In this document: positions 21,722 through 30,899 of the stretch, one piece after another
How positions within the stretch are numbered: position 1 is the first letter of the stretch
Layout of the letters: every line of letters begins with the position of its first letter
The notes under the pieces: model-generated
Seen by the model: the letters and a program-made list of their open reading frames with translations, nothing else
Told to the model about the DNA's origin: nothing
Database searches by the model: none
Source: an uncultured Acidobacteriota bacterium
GTDB taxonomy: Bacteria; Acidobacteriota; Blastocatellia; RBC074
Assembly (NCBI GenBank): GCA_963796275.1
Contig: CAWCKY010000003.1
Location: 512,001-576,000, forward strand
DNA: 64,000 nucleotides
Direction: 5' to 3'
Program-made: the position numbers and the translations under genes

Positions 21722-23062
21722 TTAAACACGTTTCAGTTGCTCGAGCTGAATCCTTTCGCCTGGCAGCAACGAGAATACTGACCTCGCCGCCTTTCCGGCG
21801 TAAATCCTCGCCCGCGCGGTTTCGCCAGCCTGTGCGGAGATCGCGGCGGCATGCAGGTAGAGCCGCGCATCTACCGTACCCAGGGCCAGAGCCGATTGCA
21901 TCGTCTTCCAGGCTTCGGCCGCGTCTCCTTTGGCGTGCTGCGCCCAGGCCAGCGCGTCAAGCGTGTAAACGTCGCGGCGGACTTTAAGCTCTTCTTCCGC
22001 GAGCCGGAGCGCGACATCGGTCTGTTGGCCTCGAGTCGCGAGGAAGAGCGAATAGGAGCGCGGATCGTTCGCCTCGCCTGTCGCGACGATCTGCCGCTCG
22101 ACCTTTGCTGCGTCGTCCTCACGGTTAGCGGCGCGCAGCGCGTCGGCCAGCGCCCATTGATACTCAGGCAGCGGGTTGAGCCGAGCAGCGCGTTCGAGCG
22201 CGGAGGCGGCTTCGCTGTTCCTGTTTTCGGCAAGCAGGATGCGCCCGCTGGCGAGCAGCGCAGGGGGATAATCGGCCAGCGTCCGCAAGGCTTCGTCGCA
22301 GACCGCGTGGGCGCGTTTCATCTCGCCGGATTGCAGTTCATATATCGCGAGCTTGCTCCATGCCCACGCCGCCGATTCGGGGTCGCCCTGTCCGGCGGCC
22401 TGGGCCGACATCAGCATCAGAGCGCGAGCTCCCTCGGTGTCGCCTTTCAACCATCGCACGTGCGCGGCGCGGCCATAGGCCTGCGGCCCGGGCCGCATCT
22501 CCATCATCTTTTGATAGGCCTGCACCGCCTCATCCGTCTTGCCTTGTTCGATCAAGGCATCGCCGAGCAGTCCGAAGTCGTAAGCCAGCCCGCGCATATC
22601 GACCAATTCCCGCGCTATCTTTTCGACCTCGCCGAAACGATGCAGATTGTGCAGCACATGGCCGCGCAACAGCAGGGCGGCCGAGCGTATCGATTGGGGC
22701 GTCGAGAGCGGCTGGTCGTCCGATTGGTCGGGCGATTTGGTTTCGGACTGCCTGGATTCGAGGCAGTGAGCGGACTGCTCGGCCAGTTTGTAGAAGCCGG
22801 AGTCGAAGCTCTGGCGGGCCTTCTGGACGAAGCTCCAACCGAGCTTTTCGATCATTGCATTGCTCTGAAATGGTTTGGCGTTCGAGCGAATCTCCTGTTG
22901 GAGTCGCGTGATCTCCTGATCGATTTTCGCGTCGCCCGAATGTGCAGCGAGCGCGATCTCGCAAGGAGAGGCCTTGGCTGGCGCGCCAACCAAAACCCGC
23001 CGGCAAGCGGTCGACGCGATCAACGAGGCAGAGATCAAGATGATAGAAATAAATCGGTGCAT
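21722..23062 (-). CDS. TPR-repeat protein, possible lipoprotein
   Basis: Hydrophobic N-terminus ending STAC; tandem TPR-like helices. Confidence 0.85.
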   Translation of the reverse strand: MHRFISIILISASLIASTACRRVLVGAPAKASPCEIALAAHSGDAKIDQEITRLQQEIRSNAKPFQSNAMIEKLGWSFVQKARQSFDSGFYKLAEQSAHCLESRQSETKSPDQSDDQPLSTPQSIRSAALLLRGHVLHNLHRFGEVEKIARELVDMRGLAYDFGLLGDALIEQGKTDEAVQAYQKMMEMRPGPQAYGRAAHVRWLKGDTEGARALMLMSAQAAGQGDPESAAWAWSKLAIYELQSGEMKRAHAVCDEALRTLADYPPALLASGRILLAENRNSEAASALERAARLNPLPEYQWALADALRAANREDDAAKVERQIVATGEANDPRSYSLFLATRGQQTDVALRLAEEELKVRRDVYTLDALAWAQHAKGDAAEAWKTMQSALALGTVDARLYLHAAAISAQAGETARARIYAGKAARSVFSLLPGERIQLEQLKRV

Positions 23063-23194
23063 TTGATTTTAAATGACGAAAATCTCGTTCCCGGAAGACT
23101 CAAACTTCGTCATTTCGAGTCTCGTGTGAGGTGTGAAACAAGGGTATCAACGTGTTAGTTATCTGAGTTTATTGCATGGCGTTTCGTCTGACTC

Positions 23195-23219
23195 TACGGA
23201 GGAGTGTTAATTGTTGGAT
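23195..23219 (-). promoter_or_regulatory. Candidate ECF-sigma promoter (ATCC-N17-CGTA) for the TPR-DUF4331-HupE cluster
   Basis: Minus strand reads aaATCC aacaattaacactcctc CGTAga. Confidence 0.4.
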
Positions 23220-23370
23220 TTGTGAATGGGAGAAAAGCCGATTTTAGCGTGGCTGATGGGATAGAGGCCTACCCACTGAAATTCCGCGATATTGAGGCTA
23301 AGTTGTGGGAGACGATTTGGGGAATGATGGAGATGTACAGGATCGACTTCCCGTAATTTATTGAGGAAGA

Positions 23371-23413
23371 TTGACTCTTCAGGTAGAAATCGAACCTACA
23401 CCTTCGGTTACAC
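23371..23413 (-). mobile_element. Degenerate copy of the tRNA-Asn 3' half (att-site scar)
   Basis: ttgactcttcaggtagaaatcgaacctaca matches 23761-23790 at 26 of 30 positions; similarity continues to the anticodon arm. Confidence 0.7.
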
Positions 23414-23758
23414 ATATCCTTATGCTCTCACATCAGAAATATCGCTAAATAAATATCGCTAAATGAAGATATTCGCTTAACCAAGCTGCACAGGTGTTTA
23501 CTAACCATTTTTAGGGAGGGAGCTTAGCTGCCTCATTAAAGATAAGATAATGTCAGCCATGAGTCAATCAATATTGGGATCAAGGAGAGGGTAATATAAA
23601 ATCCGCTCCGCCTAACAGGCTCAGTCCGAGCTTCAAAATTTCTAGCGGGCGCATGATCACATCCTACCGGCAATCCACAACTATCACACTGATGCCAACG
23701 TTGGCTCAATGTGCAGAAAATGATTTTGAATTGAGGGGGGTGGCCAAGTTACAGAAAA

Positions 23759-23844
<86 letters not shown>

Positions 23845-23861
23845 GTCAAAATGTAATTCAG

Positions 23862-23934
<73 letters not shown>

Positions 23935-23949
23935 TCGAAACAAGCGTGG

Positions 23950-23978
23950 ATATTAACCACTGGTTCGCGCGCTGTCAA
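23950..23978 (-). promoter_or_regulatory. Sigma-70 promoter for the tRNA pair
   Basis: TTGACA-N17-TAATAT on the minus strand. Confidence 0.7.
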
Positions 23979-24039
23979 GGCACGTAACCGATTTGCCGAC
24001 TCTCTTGATTCAAGCACAATTGCGGTATATTGAGACGAT

Positions 24040-24708
24040 ATGAATAAACGCCGCAATTTACCAAGCGATTCTCAATCAGACAGTCTCTTTGGCGATCTCT
24101 CCGCACTCGAGACCTTCATTCACACTGAAACCATCAGTGTTCCTCCGGATGACTCGCTTGAGAATATACGAGCCGATGTGAAGAACAACCATTCTTGCGG
24201 CGCTTGCAAACCTGGAATGCCGGTCGTCTTCGGCTTCGGCCCGGCCCGGTCCGAATTGATGTTGATAGGCGAAGGGCCGGGAATTGACGACATCAAATCG
24301 GAATTGCCGTTTCAGGGGCAGGCGGGCGTTCTCCTCGAACGTATGCTTGCGGCTATCAGCGTCGCTCGATCCGACTGTTATATTTGCAATGTGATCAAAT
24401 GTGTTCCGCCCGGCGAACGCAATTTTTCTCTGGAAGAGATCGAAGGTTGTAGACCCTTTCTGCTGCGCCAGATACTGGCGGTCAATCCGAAGTTGATCGT
24501 CGCTTTTGGCGCGCTCGCGGCGCAGACGCTGCTGCGGTCGAAGAAGACAATTTCTGATCTGAGGGGACGCCAATACACGCTACGCATCAATGACCGGGAG
24601 TTTGCGCTGATCCCTATCTTCAACCCGGCCTATCTTCTTCGTGCGGCCGAGAAGAAACGCGAAGCGTGGGAAGATTTAAAGATGGTTCGGGAATTTCTGA
24701 GAGGCTGA
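24040..24708 (+). CDS. Uracil-DNA glycosylase, family 4-like
   Basis: IGEGPG, PFQGQAG, NVIKC, NPAYLLR. Confidence 0.88.
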   Translation: MNKRRNLPSDSQSDSLFGDLSALETFIHTETISVPPDDSLENIRADVKNNHSCGACKPGMPVVFGFGPARSELMLIGEGPGIDDIKSELPFQGQAGVLLERMLAAISVARSDCYICNVIKCVPPGERNFSLEEIEGCRPFLLRQILAVNPKLIVAFGALAAQTLLRSKKTISDLRGRQYTLRINDREFALIPIFNPAYLLRAAEKKREAWEDLKMVREFLRG

Positions 24709-24709
24709 G

Positions 24710-25840
24710 TCACGCTTTCCCCGTATCCAACGGATTTGCCAGTATCAACTGTTGTTGCGGCATCGGAGCTTTAATCCCCTCCCGTTCAAAGGCGAATTTG
24801 ATGCGGCGGCGAAGCTCTCTCCCGATTTCGAAATGCTTAGTCGGAGATGTCTTGACCATCAGTCTCAGCGTCACGCTCGTCGAGCTCAATTTATCGACGC
24901 CCAGCATCAACGGTTCTTCCAGGATGTCGTTATGCATCTCCTTTTTTATCTGTTGCGCCGCGTCGACCATCAGCTTCATGGCGCGATCGATATCCTCGGC
25001 ATAAGAGACCTCGACATCCAGCACGACGCGAGACCAGTCCTTTGACATGTTGGAGACGATCGAAATGCTGCCGTTGGGGATCGATGTCAGTGCGCCGTCC
25101 AGGCCCCGGATGCGCGTAACGCGCAATGTCAGTTGTTCGACTGTGCCGCTGGCATCTCCGATCTTGACCGTATCGCCGACGCTGTACTGATCTTCGAGCA
25201 GGATTAGGAGTCCCGAAAACAGGTCTTTGATCAAACTCTGAGCGCCAAAGCCGACCGCGATACCGAGGACGCCGGCGCTCGCCAGGATGGGGGCGATGCC
25301 AACCGCGAGCGACTCGAGCAGGAACATCAAACCGATAAACGAGATGATCGTCTGAATCGCGCCACGAAAGATCGCCGAAAGCGTCTGTAATCTCCTGCGC
25401 GCCGCCTCATCTTTGGGGCCGGCCGCCCGGCGCTCGAACAGGCTGAAGACCGTTTTGATCAGCTCTGATGCGAATCGCATGAGAAAGATCGTAATGACTA
25501 AAGAGATGATGGCTCTGATGCCCTTTTCCGATATCCATTTGACTGTAGATCCCTGTATCCGGGCGAGCGTCCCCCCGAGGTCTTTGAAATCTTGCGACGC
25601 ATTCGGTAAGAGGTTTAGCAGGAGAAGGAAATAGAGAAACCAGACCAGCGTGCGTAAACCATAACCCGTCCATTCGAATATCAGAATTTTGACCGAGCGG
25701 CCCGCATCACCGTTTTCTCCCGCAGCTGGAACGAAACGACGCACCAGGCTTCGCTTCGCAACTCCGATCAGGAAGTGCAATACGGCGCACACCCCTGCCC
25801 CTGCGAGAAGAAACAGCAGGATTTTGTTGGGCTCAGTCAT
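24710..25840 (-). CDS. MscS family mechanosensitive channel
   Basis: GIAVGFGAQSLIKDLFSG, YSVGDTV, IPNG. Confidence 0.92.
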   Translation of the reverse strand: MTEPNKILLFLLAGAGVCAVLHFLIGVAKRSLVRRFVPAAGENGDAGRSVKILIFEWTGYGLRTLVWFLYFLLLLNLLPNASQDFKDLGGTLARIQGSTVKWISEKGIRAIISLVITIFLMRFASELIKTVFSLFERRAAGPKDEAARRRLQTLSAIFRGAIQTIISFIGLMFLLESLAVGIAPILASAGVLGIAVGFGAQSLIKDLFSGLLILLEDQYSVGDTVKIGDASGTVEQLTLRVTRIRGLDGALTSIPNGSISIVSNMSKDWSRVVLDVEVSYAEDIDRAMKLMVDAAQQIKKEMHNDILEEPLMLGVDKLSSTSVTLRLMVKTSPTKHFEIGRELRRRIKFAFEREGIKAPMPQQQLILANPLDTGKA

Positions 25841-25868
25841 TTGTCAATTCGTTCAGGCCTTCCTTATT

Positions 25869-26720
25869 TTACCGGTTAAACACATTGGCCTGGTAGGTTA
25901 TACCGAAACTGACGCCGCTGCTCGCGCTGTCGCGATACACACCTTTGATCCCCGCGATATCGAAGGTCAAGCCCGCCGCGCGAATGCGGGCGCCGAGCCG
26001 CGCGCCTCCGTCCGACTCGGTCCCGAGCGGCGCTACGCTTCGCGTGCTGTGCCGCCCGTTGATTTCGCTCACCAGCGTGAATCGTTTGTTCAACCGGTAT
26101 GTCGCCGCCAGGCCATAAAGTAGCACGTCGTTCTGCGTGAAAGATGCGGCCGGCGCGGTCAGAATTCCGATACCGAGATTGGCCATAAGGTTGACCCGCT
26201 CGTTTGATCCGAAATGTTTCCCCGCCAGTACGGTCCCGAAGAAGTTGGTTTGATTCAACCCGATGCCGCGCGTTTGATTCGTGGTCGGCAACTCGGCGCC
26301 GAAACGAAAACCGAGTCCGGGCAGGCGCCGGCCTTCGGAGCGCAGTCTTAGCTTCGATGCCAGGTAGAAGTCGCCGACGTCCCTCGTAGAAGTTCCACTC
26401 GCATTCAACTGCAGGGGAACCGCGCTGGCTTGGTATTGCCGGGTTATGCTCAGATAATTCTGCACAACGCCGCCCATTTCCACCTCGACATTGGTTGCGA
26501 GGCCCGCCGTCAGCGCGATTACGCCGAGGCGCGACAGATCACCGTTTAAACCGGAAAGAGGAAAGTTCTTATCCTGCAGAAGCTCGAAACCGAGCTCGAA
26601 TCGAACTTCTCCCTGTTTGACGATCTCGACGTCTTCAGTGATGAGTGGGCGCTGCTGCGCGTTAACGGTTATGCTGATTAAGACAAAGAGGGGAAACAAT
26701 AGTGCAAAATTTTTAAGCAT
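25869..26720 (-). CDS. Putative outer-membrane beta-barrel protein
   Basis: Signal peptide, QRPLITED start, alternating beta-strand pattern. Confidence 0.65.
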   Translation of the reverse strand: MLKNFALLFPLFVLISITVNAQQRPLITEDVEIVKQGEVRFELGFELLQDKNFPLSGLNGDLSRLGVIALTAGLATNVEVEMGGVVQNYLSITRQYQASAVPLQLNASGTSTRDVGDFYLASKLRLRSEGRRLPGLGFRFGAELPTTNQTRGIGLNQTNFFGTVLAGKHFGSNERVNLMANLGIGILTAPAASFTQNDVLLYGLAATYRLNKRFTLVSEINGRHSTRSVAPLGTESDGGARLGARIRAAGLTFDIAGIKGVYRDSASSGVSFGITYQANVFNR

Positions 26721-26800
26721 GAAAACCTCTTTTATTGCGAAATTATTGAGGCCTGTCCCACGTTGAAGGCGTATTTTTTATTATTCTAGATTTATTAATG

Positions 26801-26906
26801 CCCGTTTATCACAGAGGCGCGGGGGATGAGGAGAAGACGCAATGCTGTAACTATGAATAAATGGTTGCGCCTTCTCCTCGTCCACCGCGCCTCTGTGGTG
26901 AACGGG
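26801..26906. repeat. 42-bp-arm imperfect inverted repeat
   Basis: Arms 26801-26842 and 26865-26906 with 5 mismatches. Confidence 0.8.
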
Positions 26907-26936
26907 TTATTCTCTTCCTCGAGCACGGCCTCCGAT

Positions 26937-28211
26937 TCACTCTGTAATTTCTCGAACGACTCGAAAACCGACGTCGAAGCGCGATAAGGTGGGGAAGTGG
27001 AAGTTGCGCTCTGCGGTCCGCGTTGAAATCAGGCCAGGCGCAAAAGCACCTCCTCTAATGACACGCGCTTCTCCTTCACGGCCCAGCGCCTTCACCGTTT
27101 TACCGCGCGATGGACCTTTCGGATTGTTGCGCTCGACATCGCCATAGTATTCGGGATCGTACCAATCCTGGCACCATTCCCAAACTACGCCGATCGATTC
27201 GTAATTGTTGCCGATCAGCTGGGCAGCTTTTTCCCATTCCGCTTCAGTCGGTAGTCGATAGCGCTTGCCGGTCTGTCCCGAGAGCCACTGACAGAAGGCG
27301 ACCGCATCCTGCCAGCTAACTAACACGACGGGCCTGTCTGCGTGTCCTTCCGGATAATCGTTGCCGTTCCACCCATAAATGGCCCCGCGCGGGCCCGTCC
27401 GGCGCGTCGCGTCGACGAAGTGTTTGTAAAGTCGGTTCGTCACCTCTCTGGTTGATATCTCGAATTCTGAAATGAAGATTGTATTTGCGGGGCGCTGATC
27501 GCGCGGCCCATTATCGCTTCCTCTGGTTAAATTGCCTTCACTTACCAGCAGCATCTCAAGCTCGAGGTCCGGTTTGAGCGCAACACTGACGATCAAGGTC
27601 TCATCCGGATTGAGCGTCACTTTTATGTTCAAATCCTGAAACCCTTCTTTCACGGCGCGTAGTTGCTGCGGCCCAGGCTCCAGATCCTCGATAAAGGTAG
27701 TTTTTCCCGGATTGATCCTGACGCTGCCTCCGTTATCGATAAATACATCTATCTCCGGTTCATTGGCGACCAGAGCGATACGGGCGGCCGCAGGTTTCTT
27801 TTTTATCGGTACGTCGAATCTGTTTCCCGCACTGCTCATCGTGAAAGCGCCTTCCCAGTTCTCGTAGCCTTCGGCGCGGACACTCAATTGATGTTCGCCA
27901 GTCGTCACACCTGTCAGGATCAGTCTCCCGTCAACGCCGGAGAAGCCGCGCGATCTGCCATCGATTTCGATCAACGCCCCAGGCGGCGCGACGATAGTCA
28001 ATTTAGGATTGACAGCTGTCGGGCGCGGCTCGGCTGACTGCGAGTCTGTCAGGCGCGGCTCAACTCGCTCCGCCGGACGTTTGGCGGTCTTGACCACGGG
28101 CTTTTTCTTCGAAACTACACGGCCGGAAGGGTCTTGCGCGAGAAGAGAGAGGCACAAACAGGGGGCGATGACCGTTGTCAGACAGATAATAAATATTTTT
28201 TTGCTGATCAT
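26937..28211 (-). CDS. Exported PEGA + FGE-sulfatase (SUMF1-like) domain protein
   Basis: Two PEGA-like repeats, EVTN, RLPTEAEWEKAA, VWEWCQDWY, GFRVV. Confidence 0.88.
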   Translation of the reverse strand: MISKKIFIICLTTVIAPCLCLSLLAQDPSGRVVSKKKPVVKTAKRPAERVEPRLTDSQSAEPRPTAVNPKLTIVAPPGALIEIDGRSRGFSGVDGRLILTGVTTGEHQLSVRAEGYENWEGAFTMSSAGNRFDVPIKKKPAAARIALVANEPEIDVFIDNGGSVRINPGKTTFIEDLEPGPQQLRAVKEGFQDLNIKVTLNPDETLIVSVALKPDLELEMLLVSEGNLTRGSDNGPRDQRPANTIFISEFEISTREVTNRLYKHFVDATRRTGPRGAIYGWNGNDYPEGHADRPVVLVSWQDAVAFCQWLSGQTGKRYRLPTEAEWEKAAQLIGNNYESIGVVWEWCQDWYDPEYYGDVERNNPKGPSRGKTVKALGREGEARVIRGGAFAPGLISTRTAERNFHFPTLSRFDVGFRVVREITE

Positions 28212-28258
28212 GCTTTTATTGGATTGCGGGGGAATCTGTGATTCTCAGGGTCTGAGAG

Positions 28259-29947
28259 TCATTGCATTACATCTCGCACGCAGCGGAAACCGGTCTTGTC
28301 AAATCCTTTATCCGGTGGAACGACGCCGCGGTAGGTCGTCGTCGCGCGCGCTCGGGGGACATCATAGGCTCCTCCTCGTATCACCATGCCTGGAAGTATC
28401 ACTTTCGTTACCTCAGCATAATCGAACAAATTTCCAGAGGTCAACTCCCAGACATTGCCACACATATCGAGAGCACCGAACGGGCTGGCGCCCTGGCTGT
28501 AACTGCCGACGGCCGTTACTTTCCCTTTATTGCCGCGGTTGGCATTAGCATAACCCGTTTTCCACTCGTCCCCCCAGGGATAGATAAACTGTTGAGGGCC
28601 ACGCGCCGCGAATTCCCATTCGGCTTCAGTGGGCAATCTTTTACCCGCCCATTTTGCATAGGCGCTCGCATCCAACCATGATACGGTGACTACCGGATGT
28701 TTAGCTTCGCCCGCCTTGAAAGATTTTCCTCTCCAGCTGGTGGGCACGGGATATCCCGTGGCGCTGATAAACTTCATATACTCTTCGTTAGTGACTTCAG
28801 TGCGATCGATAAAGAATGGACCGACGATAACGCTGAGCGGCGGGGTCGCGTATTCACCGCCCTGAACGCGCCCCATCTGGAATTCCCCCCGCGGGACATA
28901 GACCATTCCTTCAACAGGCGCAACGGGCGCCCCCCCCGCGGTCCCCTGGTTACTTGGGGCGGCCGCATTTTCCTTGGCCGCCGCAACCGCGACCGGTATA
29001 GGTGTGGCAGCGCCGGGGGAAACATCTGTCCCCGCTGATGCCTGTGATTTGGTTTCCTCATCTGCAGGAGGGGGGGAGGCTGTCTCCGATCGCGAGAACC
29101 AAAAGACCAATACGCCTGAAATTATCAACGACAGCGCGATGCCGGTGATCACGCGGGGCGACTGAAGGGCCCTCACCACCCGGCCCGGTTCCGGTAATCG
29201 GTTGGCAACCAGTCGCCGCGCAAATCTTTTTATCTCTTGGATATTGGCTGGTGGTAGAGCTTGTCCCTTAAGCGGCTCAGCAGCATTGGATGGTAGAACC
29301 CGTTCCTTCACCGGCTCGCCATTGCCCGGACGCGCAGCGGATTGTTGAATGGTTGCCTGGCGCCCAGTGGCCACATGAGAAACATCGATAATGTCCCCCT
29401 CTCCACTCGCCGGAACCGTGACCGATATCGCCTCTTCGGATTTCGTTGTCAGCGAACTCGACTCATGCGTGAGCCATAACTTACCCTGGATTTCAATCTC
29501 CAGATTGATCCCGCATGTCTCGCAGAAGCGCGAGTACGGTTTCGCTTCCGCCGAGCATTCGGGGCATAAAACCTTTTCAATCCTGGAAGGCTCTTCGACG
29601 ATCTTGAGATCCTTGGCTCGGAGCTGGACCGGCGAAGCCGGCGCCGAAATCGGAGGCATCAATGAGCGATCGCGGTCGAGGCCGCACGTCTTGCAGAAGA
29701 ACCAGTCGCTGCGCCAGGAAGTCCCACAGTAATAGCAGGCGCCTACGAGCGCCTCCTCTGTTTTTACGCCAAGACGATATCCGCACTGTTGACAGAAGTT
29801 CTCGCCGCGAGTCACGCGCGCCCCACACCGCGTACAGCAGATCGATTCGACTACTGGTTCAACCGCAGTGCGAACGAGCGTTTTCCCACATCGACGGCAA
29901 TAATTCAGATGATCCGGATAATGTAGATCGCACGCCGCGCAGAACAT
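28259..29947 (-). CDS. Multiple zinc-ribbon + TM + FGE-sulfatase domain protein
   Basis: Eight CxxC motifs at the N-terminus, one TM, RLPTEAEWEFAARG, GNVWE, GFRCV. Confidence 0.88.
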   Translation of the reverse strand: MFCAACDLHYPDHLNYCRRCGKTLVRTAVEPVVESICCTRCGARVTRGENFCQQCGYRLGVKTEEALVGACYYCGTSWRSDWFFCKTCGLDRDRSLMPPISAPASPVQLRAKDLKIVEEPSRIEKVLCPECSAEAKPYSRFCETCGINLEIEIQGKLWLTHESSSLTTKSEEAISVTVPASGEGDIIDVSHVATGRQATIQQSAARPGNGEPVKERVLPSNAAEPLKGQALPPANIQEIKRFARRLVANRLPEPGRVVRALQSPRVITGIALSLIISGVLVFWFSRSETASPPPADEETKSQASAGTDVSPGAATPIPVAVAAAKENAAAPSNQGTAGGAPVAPVEGMVYVPRGEFQMGRVQGGEYATPPLSVIVGPFFIDRTEVTNEEYMKFISATGYPVPTSWRGKSFKAGEAKHPVVTVSWLDASAYAKWAGKRLPTEAEWEFAARGPQQFIYPWGDEWKTGYANANRGNKGKVTAVGSYSQGASPFGALDMCGNVWELTSGNLFDYAEVTKVILPGMVIRGGAYDVPRARATTTYRGVVPPDKGFDKTGFRCVRDVMQ

Positions 29948-30080
29948 TTGGTACCCTATCAACGATTAAAGTTATCTTAGCGAGGCACCTTCTCGGTCGT
30001 GGAATATCAACCCTAATCATAGGGCACCAGGATTTGTGTCGCAAGCACCGATGGCGGTCAGAATTTTCCGCATTTTCCGC

Positions 30081-30115
30081 TTGACATCCTTCGACGATTT
30101 TCGGTATATTTTCGG
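30081..30115 (+). promoter_or_regulatory. lexA promoter with overlapping direct repeat (candidate SOS box)
   Basis: TTGACA 30081-30086, TATATT 30105-30110; ATTTTCGG at 30097 and 30108 (11-bp period). Confidence 0.55.
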
Positions 30116-30137
30116 TTGTAAAAGGAGGCTACCGAAA

Positions 30138-30743
30138 ATGGCATTAACGCCAAGACAGCTTGAGATCTTCGATTTTCTGCTTCGTTTCCATCAGAAGCAT
30201 GGTTACGCGCCGACGATCGCGGAGATACAGAGCCATTTTGAGTTGAGTTCTCCCGCGACAATACACGAGCAGCTAGCCGTCCTCGAACGAGAAGGTAAGA
30301 TTCGGCGGCGGAAGAACATTCAACGCGGGATAGAAATTCTTCAGTCTTCCTTTACCGGGGGCGAATATGAGATACCGCTACTTGGTCAGGTCGCCGCAGG
30401 CTCGCCTATTGAAGCGATTTTACAGCGCGAAACGATATTGGTTGCGCCGGACCTCTACGGGCCGGAACGTTTTGCCCTCCGCGTTCGCGGAGATTCGATG
30501 AAGGACGAACAGATAGCCGATGGCGATTTCATCGTGGTCGAGCCGGCCGAAACCGCCCGCAACGGACAGACGGTGGTCGCTCTGGTTGACGACCACGAGG
30601 CGACGGTTAAGAAGTTATATAAAGAGAGCGGGCAAATCCGCCTCCAGCCGGCCAACGATCAATACAAACCCATAATTATCAAGCCGCCCCATAGAGTGAA
30701 AGTACAGGGATTAGTTGTCGGTCTCATCCGGCGATACAAGTAG
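30138..30743 (+). CDS. lexA: SOS repressor LexA
   Basis: AAGGAGG RBS; LTPRQ/PTIAEI wHTH, VAAGSPI cleavage site, GDSM catalytic Ser, TVKK catalytic Lys. Confidence 0.96.
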   Translation: MALTPRQLEIFDFLLRFHQKHGYAPTIAEIQSHFELSSPATIHEQLAVLEREGKIRRRKNIQRGIEILQSSFTGGEYEIPLLGQVAAGSPIEAILQRETILVAPDLYGPERFALRVRGDSMKDEQIADGDFIVVEPAETARNGQTVVALVDDHEATVKKLYKESGQIRLQPANDQYKPIIIKPPHRVKVQGLVVGLIRRYK

Positions 30744-30899
30744 AAGTTATTTTAGTGCTGCTGCTTGCTATCCCATTCTCTCTTAATTGTGCCGGTTGGA
30801 CGTATTGATTGTTGCATACTTGGGACGCAGATTGTTACTTGAAACTTTTATTATTCGGTTTCATTACGGGCTGGAATTCGGGCAAGTAATCAGGAATTG

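Noticed and set aside
21851-23158. 435-aa + strand ORF
   Set aside because: Antisense shadow of the GC-rich TPR gene, with no recognisable motifs.
30138-30743. Phage CI-like repressor marking a prophage
   Set aside because: The sequence has canonical LexA wHTH and cleavage motifs, and no phage structural or integrase genes are present.
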